Below are positions 1-9,016 of a stretch of DNA of 64,000 bases, one piece after another. The stretch's first letter is position 1. Every line of letters starts with the position of its first letter. The position numbers and the translations under genes were made by a program. The notes below the pieces were generated by a model, which worked only from the letters and a program-made list of their open reading frames with translations, was not told where the DNA came from and did no database searches. This DNA comes from Candidatus Nanopelagicales bacterium (GTDB lineage Bacteria; Actinomycetota; Actinomycetes; S36-B12; JAWKJK01): the NCBI GenBank assembly GCA_041393815.1, contig JAWKJK010000003.1:153562-217561 (forward strand). Reading direction: 5' to 3'.

Positions 1-884
1 CACTCCCGCGCGGTGAGGAGCATGGCGAACGCGCCGGACCGCACGATTCCGGTCACGTTGTCGAAGGTGACGATCGGGCCGGTGGTGGTGCGCAGGACCG
101 CGTGGATGGACTTGCGGACCTCCTCGTCGTGCGCGGACAACTCCGAGCGGAGCACGCCGCCGTGCAGGATCCGGGGCAGCTCGGCGAGCAAGGTCTTGCC
201 CGATCCCTGTTGGTGCGCCGAGAGCGCCAGCGCCGGGTAGGGCGGCGGCACCAGGGGCCGCAGGACCGGCGTGAACATCGTCATGCCGAGGTAGGTGGCC
301 TTGTCGGACTCGGTCACCCAGGGGAACTCCGCGAACGGCTCGAGCAGGAGCTCGATCGCGGCGGCGACCTGGGCGTCTGTCGGCCTGGCGGGCACCGGCT
401 CGATCCGATGCAGGTCGTCGGGCGGCAGGTACAGGGTCTTCGACTGCTTGTCGTAGCCGGGGCGGTCCAGCACGGTCCCGTCCGGCCGCAGCACCGGGGA
501 GTGCGCGACGACGTCGAGCCGGGGCGTGCGCACCGCGGGCTCGCCGACGCCGGCGGTGAACGTGACGACTGGGTCCAGCGTCGGCAGGACGTCGATCTCC
601 TCCACGACGCCCTTCGACTCCTTCACCTTGAAGCAGTCGAAGCGGTGCGCGATCACCGCGCGCAGCACGCGGGCGTCGGCCGGGCGCACCTGGGCGGGTC
701 CATCGTCGTCGCCCTCACTCGGGGCGGCGATGTACCCGTCCTCGCCGACCTTCGGTACGCGAACTAGTTCCCCGCCGCGGACGAAGAATCCGGGCAGTTC
801 CGGGCCGCCGACGTTGCGCAGCAGCCAGTCATGGAACGTCTTGCCGCTGGTGACTTCCAGGGGGCGGCGGTCGGCGGCGGTCAC
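1..884 (-). CDS. P-loop replication protein (primase/helicase-like) of an integrative element; 3' end cut by the window edge
   Basis: Own minus-strand translation from GTG at 884, which overlaps the stop of the upstream ORF (881-883) as GTGA: VTAADRRPLEVTSGKTFHDWL...LALSAHQQGSGKTLLAELPRILHGG. Walker-A-like GSGKT. Open to position 1. Absent from the ORF track because it has no in-window stop. Confidence 0.5.
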   Translation of the reverse strand, partial: MTAADRRPLEVTSGKTFHDWLLRNVGGPELPGFFVRGGELVRVPKVGEDGYIAAPSEGDDDGPAQVRPADARVLRAVIAHRFDCFKVKESKGVVEEIDVLPTLDPVVTFTAGVGEPAVRTPRLDVVAHSPVLRPDGTVLDRPGYDKQSKTLYLPPDDLHRIEPVPARPTDAQVAAAIELLLEPFAEFPWVTESDKATYLGMTMFTPVLRPLVPPPYPALALSAHQQGSGKTLLAELPRILHGGVLRSELSAHDEEVRKSIHAVLRTTTGPIVTFDNVTGIVRSGAFAMLLTARE

Positions 885-1360
885 GCGGCGTCTCCGTTGC
901 CGAAGGTGTGCTCGCGGCAGTCGTCGCAACCGGGGTGACCGATCACCGGAGACTCGGTGGCGAGCGCGATCATCGCGGCGAGCTCGTCGCCGGCCCGATG
1001 GGCGAGGCCGACGAGCGCCGGGTCGACCCGCTTCAACGTGAGGCCGATGTTCCGCGCGCTGGTGCGCGTGGCACCCATCTGCCGGACGGAGGCGTGCCGC
1101 AGCAGGACCGGGCAGCCGGTGTAGGCGTAGAGGCCTGACGCGGAGTCGGGGTCGACGGACAGGCAGTAGGTGAGCCGGCGACCCTGCGGGTCGCTGACGT
1201 TGCGCAGCTCGGCGAGTAGGTCAGCCAGGGCGCTCGCGTCCGACGGGATACCCGCGGCGACGGCGATCTGGCGTCGAGTGAGCTGGGCGCCGGGTCCGGC
1301 GCGGTCGAACGCAGCGATCACCGCGAGCCGGGATCGCGCGATGTCGTACTTGCGTGCCAT
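881..1360 (-). CDS. hypothetical protein of the integrative element
   Basis: 159-aa ORF with normal composition. GAAGGAG SD upstream of the ATG. Translationally coupled to the downstream replication gene. Confidence 0.5.
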   Translation of the reverse strand: MARKYDIARSRLAVIAAFDRAGPGAQLTRRQIAVAAGIPSDASALADLLAELRNVSDPQGRRLTYCLSVDPDSASGLYAYTGCPVLLRHASVRQMGATRTSARNIGLTLKRVDPALVGLAHRAGDELAAMIALATESPVIGHPGCDDCREHTFGNGDAA

Positions 1361-1393
1361 GATTGGGACGCTCCTTCAACGAGTTTGGGTGTT

Positions 1394-1432
1394 GAGACGG
1401 CCCCGCGGACTAGGTCCCCGCGGGGCCGTCTC
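1394..1432 (-). terminator. perfect 15-bp stem hairpin downstream of the xis-like gene
   Basis: GAGACGGCCCCGCGG, 9-nt loop, CCGCGGGGCCGTCTC. Sits between the stop at 1437 and the next gene start at 1360. Confidence 0.45.
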
Positions 1433-1436
1433 GCTG

Positions 1437-1673
1437 TCAGTGCTCGGCGGGGTTGTTGTGGTCGGGGCGCTGCGGGAGTGGCAGGCCGAGCAGCTCGTAG
1501 ATCGCTGCGACGGGGACGCGGCGCTTCCTCGACCCGGTCTGGATGGTCGGCAGCTCACCTCGGTCCGCGGCCTCGTACGCCGCGGTACGGCCGTAGCCGA
1601 GGAGCCGGCCACCTTCGGGGACGGGGACCGTGGGGGTCTCCCAGGGGTCCGGGAGGGCGACTGTGGTGGTCAT
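1437..1673 (-). CDS. excisionase-type helix-turn-helix DNA-binding protein
   Basis: C-terminal 78 aa of track ORF 1437..2240, starting MTTTVALPDPWE...LLGYGRTAAYEAADRGELPTIQTGSRKRRVPVAAIYELLG. This is the typical short Xis/MerR-like HTH found next to integrases. Confidence 0.65.
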   Translation of the reverse strand: MTTTVALPDPWETPTVPVPEGGRLLGYGRTAAYEAADRGELPTIQTGSRKRRVPVAAIYELLGLPLPQRPDHNNPAEH

Positions 1674-1754
1674 GCCGATGAGCCTGCCGACTACGGGACT
1701 ACCCGTACAACGGACGCAGCGGTACGAACGGGACTTTCCTGGTAGATTCCGGGT

Positions 1755-2345
1755 ATGGCCGCAACGAAGCAGAAGAACCGACTGAGGATCCGCGCCGCCT
1801 ATCGGGACAGCATCGTGCTGGTCCGTACCCCCACCGGAGACGTCTTCACCGCCCCGGAGGAGGTCGACGTCGAGGAGGTGGGCACCGGCCTGGCCGTCAC
1901 GTTCAGGATCAACGGGGAAGGTCGCTACGTCCCGGTCAAGGTGACGCTCACGGCCGACGACCCCGAGGTCGGCGTCGCGCAGTACATGCGCCAGCCGCTC
2001 AACCGAATCGCCACCCAGGTGATGAAGACCGTGGCGTCGCCGGTGCAGTTGCGGGAGAACGAGGACGGGACCACGACCGTCGTCCACAAGCTCACTGAGC
2101 GCATCCCCGAGCCGAGCGCGGAGCAGGTCCAGCGGCCACGCGCCGGGGGCCGTCAGCGACTCAGCGACGACTTCCTGCGCGACGTGGCGACGGTGTGGAC
2201 CCAGGCGCCACCGTCGAACCGGACACGCGAGGTGCAGCACTGGTACCGGCGCCAGACCGGCACCGAGGTGACCAGCGACCGGGTCGAGAACTGGCGGCGG
2301 AAGGCCGAGAAGGTGTTCCCCGAGATGTTCAAGGACGTCCGATGA
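1755..2345 (+). CDS. hypothetical protein of the integrative element
   Basis: 196-aa ORF. Its stop overlaps the integrase ATG (ATGA at 2342-2345). Confidence 0.5.
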   Translation: MAATKQKNRLRIRAAYRDSIVLVRTPTGDVFTAPEEVDVEEVGTGLAVTFRINGEGRYVPVKVTLTADDPEVGVAQYMRQPLNRIATQVMKTVASPVQLRENEDGTTTVVHKLTERIPEPSAEQVQRPRAGGRQRLSDDFLRDVATVWTQAPPSNRTREVQHWYRRQTGTEVTSDRVENWRRKAEKVFPEMFKDVR

Positions 2346-3535
2346 GAGGCAGCATCGTCACGCGGAAGGACGCGAAGGGGCGGGATCGCTACTTCGTCGT
2401 AATCGAGGAGCGGACCCACGACGGGAAGCGTCGGCGCCGCTGGCACTCCGACCCGGCCACCGGGTCCGGGTTCACCTCCAAGCGGGCCGCGGAGAACCAC
2501 GCGGCCACGCTGGTCACCTCCGTCGCCAGCGGGTCCTACGTCGAGCCGACGCGCGAGACCGTGGGGGACTGGCTGGACACCTGGCTCGCACTGGTGAAGC
2601 CGTCACTGCGGCCGTCGACCTGGGCGTCGTACGACAAGAACATCCGACTCCATGTCCGGCCCGCGCTCGGGACGGTCGAGCTGCGCCGACTCACCGCGGT
2701 CGACCTCGATCGGCTCTACGCCCACCTGCTCGAGCAGGGACGGACCGACGGCTCCGGGGGGCTGTCGGTGCGGACCGTCCGGTACGTCGCCACCATCGTC
2801 AAGCGGTCGCTGAAGGACGCGGTCCGCAAGGGGCTGATCCCGCGGAACCCGGCCGACGCCGCCGACCCGCCGAAGCCGTCAGGAGCCACCCACGGCGACG
2901 TTCAGGCGTGGGGCGCACGAGACCTCGCCACCTTCCTCGCGGCGACGCAGGAGCACGTCTACGGCCCGGTGTGGGCCTTCCTCGCAGCCACCGGCTGCCG
3001 GCGCGGGGAGGCGCTCGGCCTGCGGTGGTCGGACCTGCATCTCGGCACCGACAAGCGCACCCGCGCGTCCTTCATCCAGACCGTCCAGAAGATCAAGGGC
3101 GAGGTCGTCATCGGGTCGACGAAGACCGCCTCCTCGCGCCGGGTGGTCGTCCTCGACGACGCGACCGTGGCGATGCTCAAGCGGGTCCGGGTCGCCCAGG
3201 ACGGGGACCGTCTGAAGGTCGGCCCCGGCTGGCCGGAGTCGGGCCTCGTCTTCACCCACGGCGACGGTCGCGGGCTCCACCCGGAGACCATCAGCCGCGC
3301 GTTCCGGGAGAGCGTCGACAAGCTCGGCCTGCCGCCGATCCCGCTGCACGGGCTGCGCCACACCTGGGCGACGCTGGCGCTCCAGGCCGGGGTGCATCCG
3401 AAGGTGGTGCAGGAGCGGCTCGGCCACGCGAACGTGAGCATCACGCTGAACATCTACAGCCACGTCGCGCCCACGATGCACGGGGACGCGGCCGACACCG
3501 TGGCGGCGCTGGTGGCATCGGCGGGGAAGCGGTAG
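2342..3535 (+). CDS. tyrosine recombinase / phage-type integrase
   Basis: Start taken at the internal ATG (MRGSIVTRKDAKGRDRYF...). C-terminal catalytic region HGLRHTWATLALQAGVHPKVVQERLGHANVSITLNIYSHV carries the R..HxxR..Y signature. Confidence 0.9.
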   Translation: MRGSIVTRKDAKGRDRYFVVIEERTHDGKRRRRWHSDPATGSGFTSKRAAENHAATLVTSVASGSYVEPTRETVGDWLDTWLALVKPSLRPSTWASYDKNIRLHVRPALGTVELRRLTAVDLDRLYAHLLEQGRTDGSGGLSVRTVRYVATIVKRSLKDAVRKGLIPRNPADAADPPKPSGATHGDVQAWGARDLATFLAATQEHVYGPVWAFLAATGCRRGEALGLRWSDLHLGTDKRTRASFIQTVQKIKGEVVIGSTKTASSRRVVVLDDATVAMLKRVRVAQDGDRLKVGPGWPESGLVFTHGDGRGLHPETISRAFRESVDKLGLPPIPLHGLRHTWATLALQAGVHPKVVQERLGHANVSITLNIYSHVAPTMHGDAADTVAALVASAGKR

Positions 3536-3553
3536 ACGGACGGTAGATGAAGC

Positions 3554-3592
3554 GGCCCCCGGTCTGCGTTTTCGCAGGTCAGGGGCCGTTTT
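3554..3592 (+). terminator. intrinsic terminator after the integrase
   Basis: GGCCCC ... GGGGCC outer stem with inner CTGCG/CGCAG pairing, followed by GTTTT. Confidence 0.45.
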
Positions 3593-3593
3593 C

Positions 3594-3680
3594 TGGTGTC
3601 CGAGGGGGGACTTGAACCCCCATGCCCCTAAGGGCACTAGCACCTCAAGCTAGCGCGTCTGCCAATTCCGCCACCCGGAC
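3594..3680 (-). tRNA. tRNA-Leu (anticodon GAG), CCA encoded
   Basis: Reverse complement GTCCGGGTGGCGGAATTGGCAGACGCGCTAGCTTGAGGTGCTAGTGCCCTTAGGGGCATGGGGGTTCAAGTCCCCTCGGACACCA. 7-bp acceptor stem, anticodon stem CTAGC/GCTAG with loop TTGAGGT, long variable arm, GGTTCAAGTCC T-arm. Confidence 0.9.
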
Positions 3681-3809
3681 GAGGTGACCCGGCGCCTTGG
3701 GGGGCGCCGCGACCGGCAGAGGATAACAAGACCGGGGAGTGCGCCGCGAACCGCCGGGATCCCGGCCGGAGGGCTGCCGTACCCCGCCGACCCCGGGCAG
3801 GATGGTCCG

Positions 3810-5150
3810 GTGACCCAGATCGGAACCGATCCCCGCCTGGCCGAGCTTCCGGACGCGGAGGCCGAGGTCGTCTCCCTGTGCCGAGACCTCATCCGCATCG
3901 ACACCACCAACGACGGGACGCCGGACTCGGTGGGAGAGGCCGCGGCGGCGGAGTACGTCGAGCATCGGCTGCGCGAGGTGGGCTACGAGCCGGAGCGCTT
4001 CCAGACCACCGCCGGCAAGCGGCAGGGGGTCGTGCTGCGCATCCCGGGCACCGACCCCGACCGGGGTGCCCTGCTCCTGCACGGGCATCTCGACGTGGTC
4101 CCCGCGCGCCCCGACGACTGGACGGTCCACCCGTTCTCCGCGGAGGTCGAGGACGGCATGCTCTGGGGTCGCGGTGCCGTGGACATGAAGGACATGGACG
4201 CGATGATCCTGGCCACCGTTCGCTCCTGGGGGCGTACGGGCTACCGGCCCCCGCGCGACGTCGTGGTCCTCTTCCTGCCCGACGAGGAGGCCGGCGGCTA
4301 CCACGGCTCGCACTGGCTGGTGGACCACCGACGCGACATGTTCGAGGGCGTCACCGAGGCCGTCGGAGAGGTCGGGGGGTTCTCGCTCACCGTCCGCGAC
4401 GACCTGCGGTTGTACCTGATCCAGACCGCCGAGAAGGGCATCGCCTGGATGCGGCTGCGTGCCCTCGGCCGGGCCGGGCACGGGTCGATGCTCAACGACG
4501 AGAACGCGGTCACCCGGCTGTCCGAGGTCGTGGCGCGGATCGGCCACCACCGCTGGCCCGTGCACGTCACCCCCGCGGTGCGCGATCTGCTCAGCGAGCT
4601 GTCCGACGCGCTCGGCCTCGAGCTCGACGCCAAGGACATGGAGTCCACGCTGTCCCGCCTCGGCCCGTTGGCCCGGCTGATCGGGGCCACGCTGACCAAC
4701 ACGGCGAACCCGACGATGCTCGACGCCGGCTACAAGATCAACGTGATCCCGGGGGAGGCCGAGGCGCAGGTCGACGGCCGGTTCCTGCCGGGGTACGAGC
4801 ACGAGTTCTTCGCCACCATCGACGAGATGCTCGGTGACCACGTCGTGCGGGAGTTCGTCAACCACGACGTCGCGCTGGAGACGACGTTCGACGGGCCGAC
4901 CATCGACGCGATGGCCGCCGCACTCCGGGCAGAGGACCCCGGCGCCCGTCCGGTCCCGTACACGCTGTCCGGCGGCACGGACGCGAAGGCGTTCTCCCTG
5001 CTGGGGATCCGGGCGTACGGATTCGCGCCGCTGAAGCTGCCGCCCGACCTCGACTTCGGCGCCATGTTCCACGGCGTGGACGAGCGGGTCCCCCTGGACG
5101 CGCTCACCTTCGGCGTCCGGGTCCTGGACCGTTTCCTCCGCTCCTCCTGA
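3810..5150 (+). CDS. M20 family metallopeptidase (dipeptidase/desuccinylase-like)
   Basis: LLLHGHLDVVPA, GRGAVDMKD and FLPDEEAGG motifs. Start placed at in-frame GTG 3810 because the track start at 3684 overlaps the tRNA. Confidence 0.85.
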   Translation: MTQIGTDPRLAELPDAEAEVVSLCRDLIRIDTTNDGTPDSVGEAAAAEYVEHRLREVGYEPERFQTTAGKRQGVVLRIPGTDPDRGALLLHGHLDVVPARPDDWTVHPFSAEVEDGMLWGRGAVDMKDMDAMILATVRSWGRTGYRPPRDVVVLFLPDEEAGGYHGSHWLVDHRRDMFEGVTEAVGEVGGFSLTVRDDLRLYLIQTAEKGIAWMRLRALGRAGHGSMLNDENAVTRLSEVVARIGHHRWPVHVTPAVRDLLSELSDALGLELDAKDMESTLSRLGPLARLIGATLTNTANPTMLDAGYKINVIPGEAEAQVDGRFLPGYEHEFFATIDEMLGDHVVREFVNHDVALETTFDGPTIDAMAAALRAEDPGARPVPYTLSGGTDAKAFSLLGIRAYGFAPLKLPPDLDFGAMFHGVDERVPLDALTFGVRVLDRFLRSS

Positions 5151-5179
5151 CCGCGCAGCCCGCCCGGCCCCGTTGACTC

Positions 5180-5212
5180 GGGCACACGATCCGCTTAGCG
5201 GATCGTGTGCCC
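5180..5212. repeat. family-1 palindromic repeat, copy 1 (forward)
   Basis: GGGCACACGATCCGC-TTA-GCGGATCGTGTGCCC. Followed after 7 nt by GCGGCGTGTCGGG and after about 14 more nt by ACACGATCCGGGT. Confidence 0.9.
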
Positions 5213-5415
5213 ATCTCGCGCGGCGTGTCGGGCCCGGGAGGGGCAACACGATCCGGGTCTTGGTGCCCGTGTGGCGGGAGTGGCGCTGCCGGTCCGGCGG
5301 AGTGCCGGGGCCGCCCGGACGGCCCGACGTCGTACGGGGCCGCGTCCCACTCGTCTCACGCGTACCCACGGGTGGATCGTGTGACGGATCGCGACCGCGA
5401 CACTCCGCCCGACCT

Positions 5416-5448
5416 GGGCACACGATCCGCTAAGCGGATCGTGTGCCC
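5416..5448. repeat. family-1 palindromic repeat, copy 2 (reverse)
   Basis: GGGCACACGATCCGC-TAA-GCGGATCGTGTGCCC. Preceded on the + strand by GACACTCCGCCCGACCT and GGATCGTGTGAC, the mirror of the copy-1 tail. Confidence 0.9.
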
Positions 5449-5489
5449 GACAAGGCGGGGCAAGGCAAGGCGAGCGGGGCGGAGCGGGG

Positions 5490-5744
5490 TCAGGCGGTGC
5501 GGGTCACGCGGATCACGCGGCGCCGGAGCCAGACGCGGCGCCGGCCGTCGGGGTACAGCCGCAGCCGGGCCAGCTCCCACCGCCCGTACTCGGCGAACTC
5601 GGTGAGCACCGCGCGGGCCGCGTCCCGGGTGGTCCCGCGCGGCAGGGTCAACTCGCGGTACTCGTACGACGACGTCGCGCCCGACGGTCCGGGCCGGTGG
5701 CGGGCGGACGCCGGACCCGGCGTGACCCCGTCCGCTGCTCCCAT
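5490..5744 (-). CDS. DUF5703 family protein
   Basis: Last 84 aa of track ORF 5490..5888: YEYRELTLPRGTTRDAARAVLTEFAEYGRWELARLRLYPDGRRRVWLRRRVIR. Confidence 0.8.
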   Translation of the reverse strand: MGAADGVTPGPASARHRPGPSGATSSYEYRELTLPRGTTRDAARAVLTEFAEYGRWELARLRLYPDGRRRVWLRRRVIRVTRTA

Positions 5745-5754
5745 CGGCCCATTC

Positions 5755-6867
5755 TCACCCGTCGCCCCGACCGGCCGCAGCCAGCAGCCCGGCGAGCCGG
5801 GTCCGCCGCACCCGATCCGGGACCTCGGCCACCGCCCGCCCGAGCGCCGAACCCGTGCCGTCCACCACGCTGAGGTGCCGCCGCGCACAGGAGAGCGCCG
5901 AGACGAGCAGCGCCCGGCTCAGCACGCCCGCCGCGCTGCCGGGCAGCACGAGGACCACTGCCGGCCAGGACGACCCGACGGCCTCGTGCACGAGCCGTAC
6001 GTCCGGCCCGGCCCCTCCACCGGCAGGAGTCAGCACGGCCGAGAGGGCCTCGGCCCCCGCGTCACCCCGGCGCAGCGGGGTCAGCACGGCCACCTCCGCC
6101 CCCGACACCCCGAACGCCCGTGGGATCGACGAGGAGACCAGCTGGCCGACGCGCAGGACGGCCTCCGCGTCGTCGGCGACCGGCACGACCACCAGCGACC
6201 TGTCGTCGGCCGACGGCGCCACCAGCTCCCCGCGGCGCAGCGCCGCATCCAGGTCCCGGAGCGGACCGGGCCGTCCCGGGTCGGGCGGCGCCGCGACGAC
6301 GGGGCACACGGCCGCCGCCACCACGTCCCGCAGCACCGCGCCCGGACCCTCGCCCGTCACCAGTGCGGCGGGGTCCCCGGCCAGCAGGAGGAGCGCGTCG
6401 TCCAGGTCCTCCGCGGCCGCCAACACGTCGGGCATGCCCAGCCGCTCCGCGTCGTCCAGCAGGACTGCCGTGGACCCCTCCGCCTCCGCCTTCGTACGCA
6501 GCGACGCGACCACCTCGGCCCGCCCGGCGCCGGCGGGGCCGGTCACCACGGCCAGTCGTCCCTCGTCCGCGAGAGCCGCCAGCACGTCGCCGAGCAGCTC
6601 CTCGTCCTCAGCGACCCCGGGCAGCGCGACCCCCGCGGTCTCGGCATCCCCCGGAACGTCCACCCGGACCAGCAGGCCCGCCCCGATCGCGTCCGCAAGG
6701 TCGTCGGCGCCGGCGACCGAGGCGACCAGCGCCCCCGGCAGCCAGGTGTGGCCGTCGGCCGCCGCACGCGCGACCAGGTCGGCAGAGCGCTCTCCGCTCA
6801 CCCGCGCGCCCTCACCGCTCGCCGCCACCGGTCCTCGCCACCGAACGCCGTCATGCCCGAAAGTCAC
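5755..6867 (-). CDS. RecD/TraA-like helicase-related protein with a degenerate P-loop
   Basis: VVTGPAGAGR (Walker-A-like, lacks Lys), AVLLDDAERL, VAVLTPLRRGDAGAEALS and SRALLVSALSCARRHLSVV resemble the RecD-type C-terminal region. GTG at 6867 overlaps the AKR stop (GTGA). Confidence 0.5.
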   Translation of the reverse strand: MTFGHDGVRWRGPVAASGEGARVSGERSADLVARAAADGHTWLPGALVASVAGADDLADAIGAGLLVRVDVPGDAETAGVALPGVAEDEELLGDVLAALADEGRLAVVTGPAGAGRAEVVASLRTKAEAEGSTAVLLDDAERLGMPDVLAAAEDLDDALLLLAGDPAALVTGEGPGAVLRDVVAAAVCPVVAAPPDPGRPGPLRDLDAALRRGELVAPSADDRSLVVVPVADDAEAVLRVGQLVSSSIPRAFGVSGAEVAVLTPLRRGDAGAEALSAVLTPAGGGAGPDVRLVHEAVGSSWPAVVLVLPGSAAGVLSRALLVSALSCARRHLSVVDGTGSALGRAVAEVPDRVRRTRLAGLLAAAGRGDG

Positions 6868-7850
6868 CGACCGCGCTGGTTCCAGCCGAACTCGGGGTAG
6901 CCCAGCGCGGGGCGGGACACCTCGTCCAGGGCCTCGACGATCTCCTCCGGCAGCTCCAGCAGCTCCGACTCCAGCGCGGTCCGCAGCTGCGCCACCGTGC
7001 GGGCCCCGACGATCGGGGCCACCACCCCCGGGCGGTCGCGGACCCACGCCAGCGCCACCTCCGCGGGGGCGGCGTCGAGGCCGTCGGCGGCGGTGCAGAC
7101 CGCGTCCACGATGCGGCGGGGCGTGTCGTCGAGGTACTCCTGCACGAACGCGCCGAAGTGGACGCTGGTGGCCCGCGAGTCCGGCGGCGTGCCGTACCGG
7201 TACTTCCCGGTCAGTACGCCCCGCCCGAGCGGGGACCACGGCAGCAGTCCGATCCCGAGGGCCTCGGCGGCGGGGACGACCTCCCGCTCGATCCCGCGCT
7301 CGAGCAGCGAGTACTCCATCTGCGCGGAGACCAGCGGCGCGTGCCCCGACAGCGACTGCAGCGTCCCGGCGCGGGCCAGCTGCCACCCGGCGTAGTTCGA
7401 CACACCGGCGTAGCGCACGCGGCCGCTCGCCACCGCCGCGTCCACGGCCGCCAGCGTCTCCTCCAGCGGCGTCAGCGGGTCCCACGCATGCAGTTGCCAC
7501 AGGTCCACGTGGTCCAGCCCGAGCCGCGCCAGGGACGCGTCCAGGGCGGACAGCAGGTGCCGACGGGAGGCGTCGAAGCGCCGGGGCGCGTCGCGCCTGG
7601 TCACCGCCTTCGTCGCCACCACGATGTCGTCGCGGCCCGCGGCCCGCTCGGCCAGCAGCCGGCCCAGCACCCGCTCACCCTCGCCCTCGGCGTACACGTC
7701 CGCTGTGTCGACCAGGGTGCCGCCCGCCTCGAGGAAGGTGACCAGCTGGTCGCGGGCCTCGTGCTCGTCGGTGTCGAGCCCCCAGGTCATGGTCCCCAGC
7801 GCCAGCCGGCCGACGAACAGACCGGTCCGGCCCAGCGGTCGCTGCTGCAT
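6864..7850 (-). CDS. aldo/keto reductase
   Basis: MQQRPLGRTGLFVGRLALGTMTWG...VDTADVYAEGEGERVLG...VSNYAGWQL. Confidence 0.9.
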   Translation of the reverse strand: MQQRPLGRTGLFVGRLALGTMTWGLDTDEHEARDQLVTFLEAGGTLVDTADVYAEGEGERVLGRLLAERAAGRDDIVVATKAVTRRDAPRRFDASRRHLLSALDASLARLGLDHVDLWQLHAWDPLTPLEETLAAVDAAVASGRVRYAGVSNYAGWQLARAGTLQSLSGHAPLVSAQMEYSLLERGIEREVVPAAEALGIGLLPWSPLGRGVLTGKYRYGTPPDSRATSVHFGAFVQEYLDDTPRRIVDAVCTAADGLDAAPAEVALAWVRDRPGVVAPIVGARTVAQLRTALESELLELPEEIVEALDEVSRPALGYPEFGWNQRGR

Positions 7851-7966
7851 GGCGGAAACCTACCCGCGCGGTCGCCGGCCGCCCGGGCGCCGCGCCCCCG
7901 CCCGGGGCGCCGCCATCCGCGCAACTAGGCTCCCCGTACGCCAACGCACCCGCGGAAGGGAATGCC

Positions 7967-9016
7967 ATGCGACTCGGACTCAACCTCGGCTACTGGGGCA
8001 TGGGCAACGACGCCGACAACCTGGTCCTGGCCCGCGAGGCCGACCGGCTGGGCTACTCCGTCGTGTGGGCCGCCGAGGCGTACGGCTCCGACGCCGCAAC
8101 CGTGCTCTCCTGGGTCGCCGCCCAGACCGAGCGCATCGACGTCGGCTCCGCGGTGTTCCAGATCCCCGGCCGCACGCCAGCCAACACCGCAATGACGGCA
8201 GCGACGTTGGACACGCTGTCGGGCGGCCGGTTCCGGCTCGGGTTGGGCGTGTCCGGCCCGCAGGTGTCCGAGGGTTGGCACGGGGTCCGCTTCGACAAGC
8301 CGCTGACCCGCACCCGCGAGTACGTCGACATCGTCACCAAGGCGCTGCGCCGGGAGCGGCTGACGTACGAGGGCGAGTTCTTCACGCTCCCGCTGCCCGA
8401 CGGGCCGGGGAAGGCGCTGACGCTGACGGTGCACCCGGTGCGCGAGCGGATCCCGGTCTACCTCGCGGCCGTCGGCCCCAAGAACCTCGAGCTCGCTGGG
8501 GAGATCGCCGACGGCTGGCTGGCGATCTTCTACTCGCCCGAGCAGTCGGGGGAGTCGATGGAGCACATCGCCGCGGGGCGGGCCAAGGCCGGCAAGACGA
8601 TGGACGGCTTCGACGTCGTGCCGACGGTCCCCGTCGTGATCGGCGACGACCTGGAGGCGTGCGCCGCGCCGGTGCGGGCCTACAGCGCCCTCTACATCGG
8701 CGGTATGGGCAGCCGGGAGAAGAACTTCTACAACCAGCTGGCCACCCGGATGGGCTACGGCGACGCCGCCAAGGAGGTCCAGGACCTCTACCTGTCCAAG
8801 GACTACGCCGGTGCTGCCGCCGCGGTGCCGTTCGAGTTCATCGACAACACGTCACTGATCGGTCCCGCGGACCGCATCCAGGACCGGCTGCCGGCGTTCG
8901 CCGAGGCCGGCGTGACGACGCTGACGGTGGCGACGTACGCCGGCGGCATCGACGAGCGGCTGGCCACGCTGCGCACGATGGCCGAGGTGCTGGACCGCTC
9001 GGGCGTGGGTGAGTGA
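7967..9016 (+). CDS. LLM-class (luciferase-like) F420-dependent oxidoreductase
   Basis: [11 protein letters not shown]...[21 protein letters not shown]...[21 protein letters not shown]. Confidence 0.85.
   Translation: MRLGLNLGYWGMGNDADNLVLAREADRLGYSVVWAAEAYGSDAATVLSWVAAQTERIDVGSAVFQIPGRTPANTAMTAATLDTLSGGRFRLGLGVSGPQVSEGWHGVRFDKPLTRTREYVDIVTKALRRERLTYEGEFFTLPLPDGPGKALTLTVHPVRERIPVYLAAVGPKNLELAGEIADGWLAIFYSPEQSGESMEHIAAGRAKAGKTMDGFDVVPTVPVVIGDDLEACAAPVRAYSALYIGGMGSREKNFYNQLATRMGYGDAAKEVQDLYLSKDYAGAAAAVPFEFIDNTSLIGPADRIQDRLPAFAEAGVTTLTVATYAGGIDERLATLRTMAEVLDRSGVGE

Larger units (their letters stand above)
1..3593. mobile_element. integrative element (prophage remnant or AICE-like), right end at the tRNA-Leu 3' end, left end outside the window
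   Basis: rep-like, hypothetical, xis, hypothetical and int genes directly abut the 3' end of the tRNA. Confidence 0.6.

Noticed and set aside
5173-5605. Small ORFs (5173..5433, 5207..5605) between and across the two family-1 palindromes, considered as a possible element-encoded peptide.
   Set aside because: Their products are Arg/Gly-rich, no SD is present, and the sequence is explained by the two inverted repeat tails.
5443-7928. Very long + strand ORFs (5443..6900, 5855..7741, 6120..7928) covering the DUF5703 / RecD-like / AKR region.
   Set aside because: Their translations are Arg/Pro/Gly/Ala-rich nonsense. They run antisense to minus-strand genes that have clear family motifs and start/stop coupling. 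These are typical high-GC shadow ORFs.
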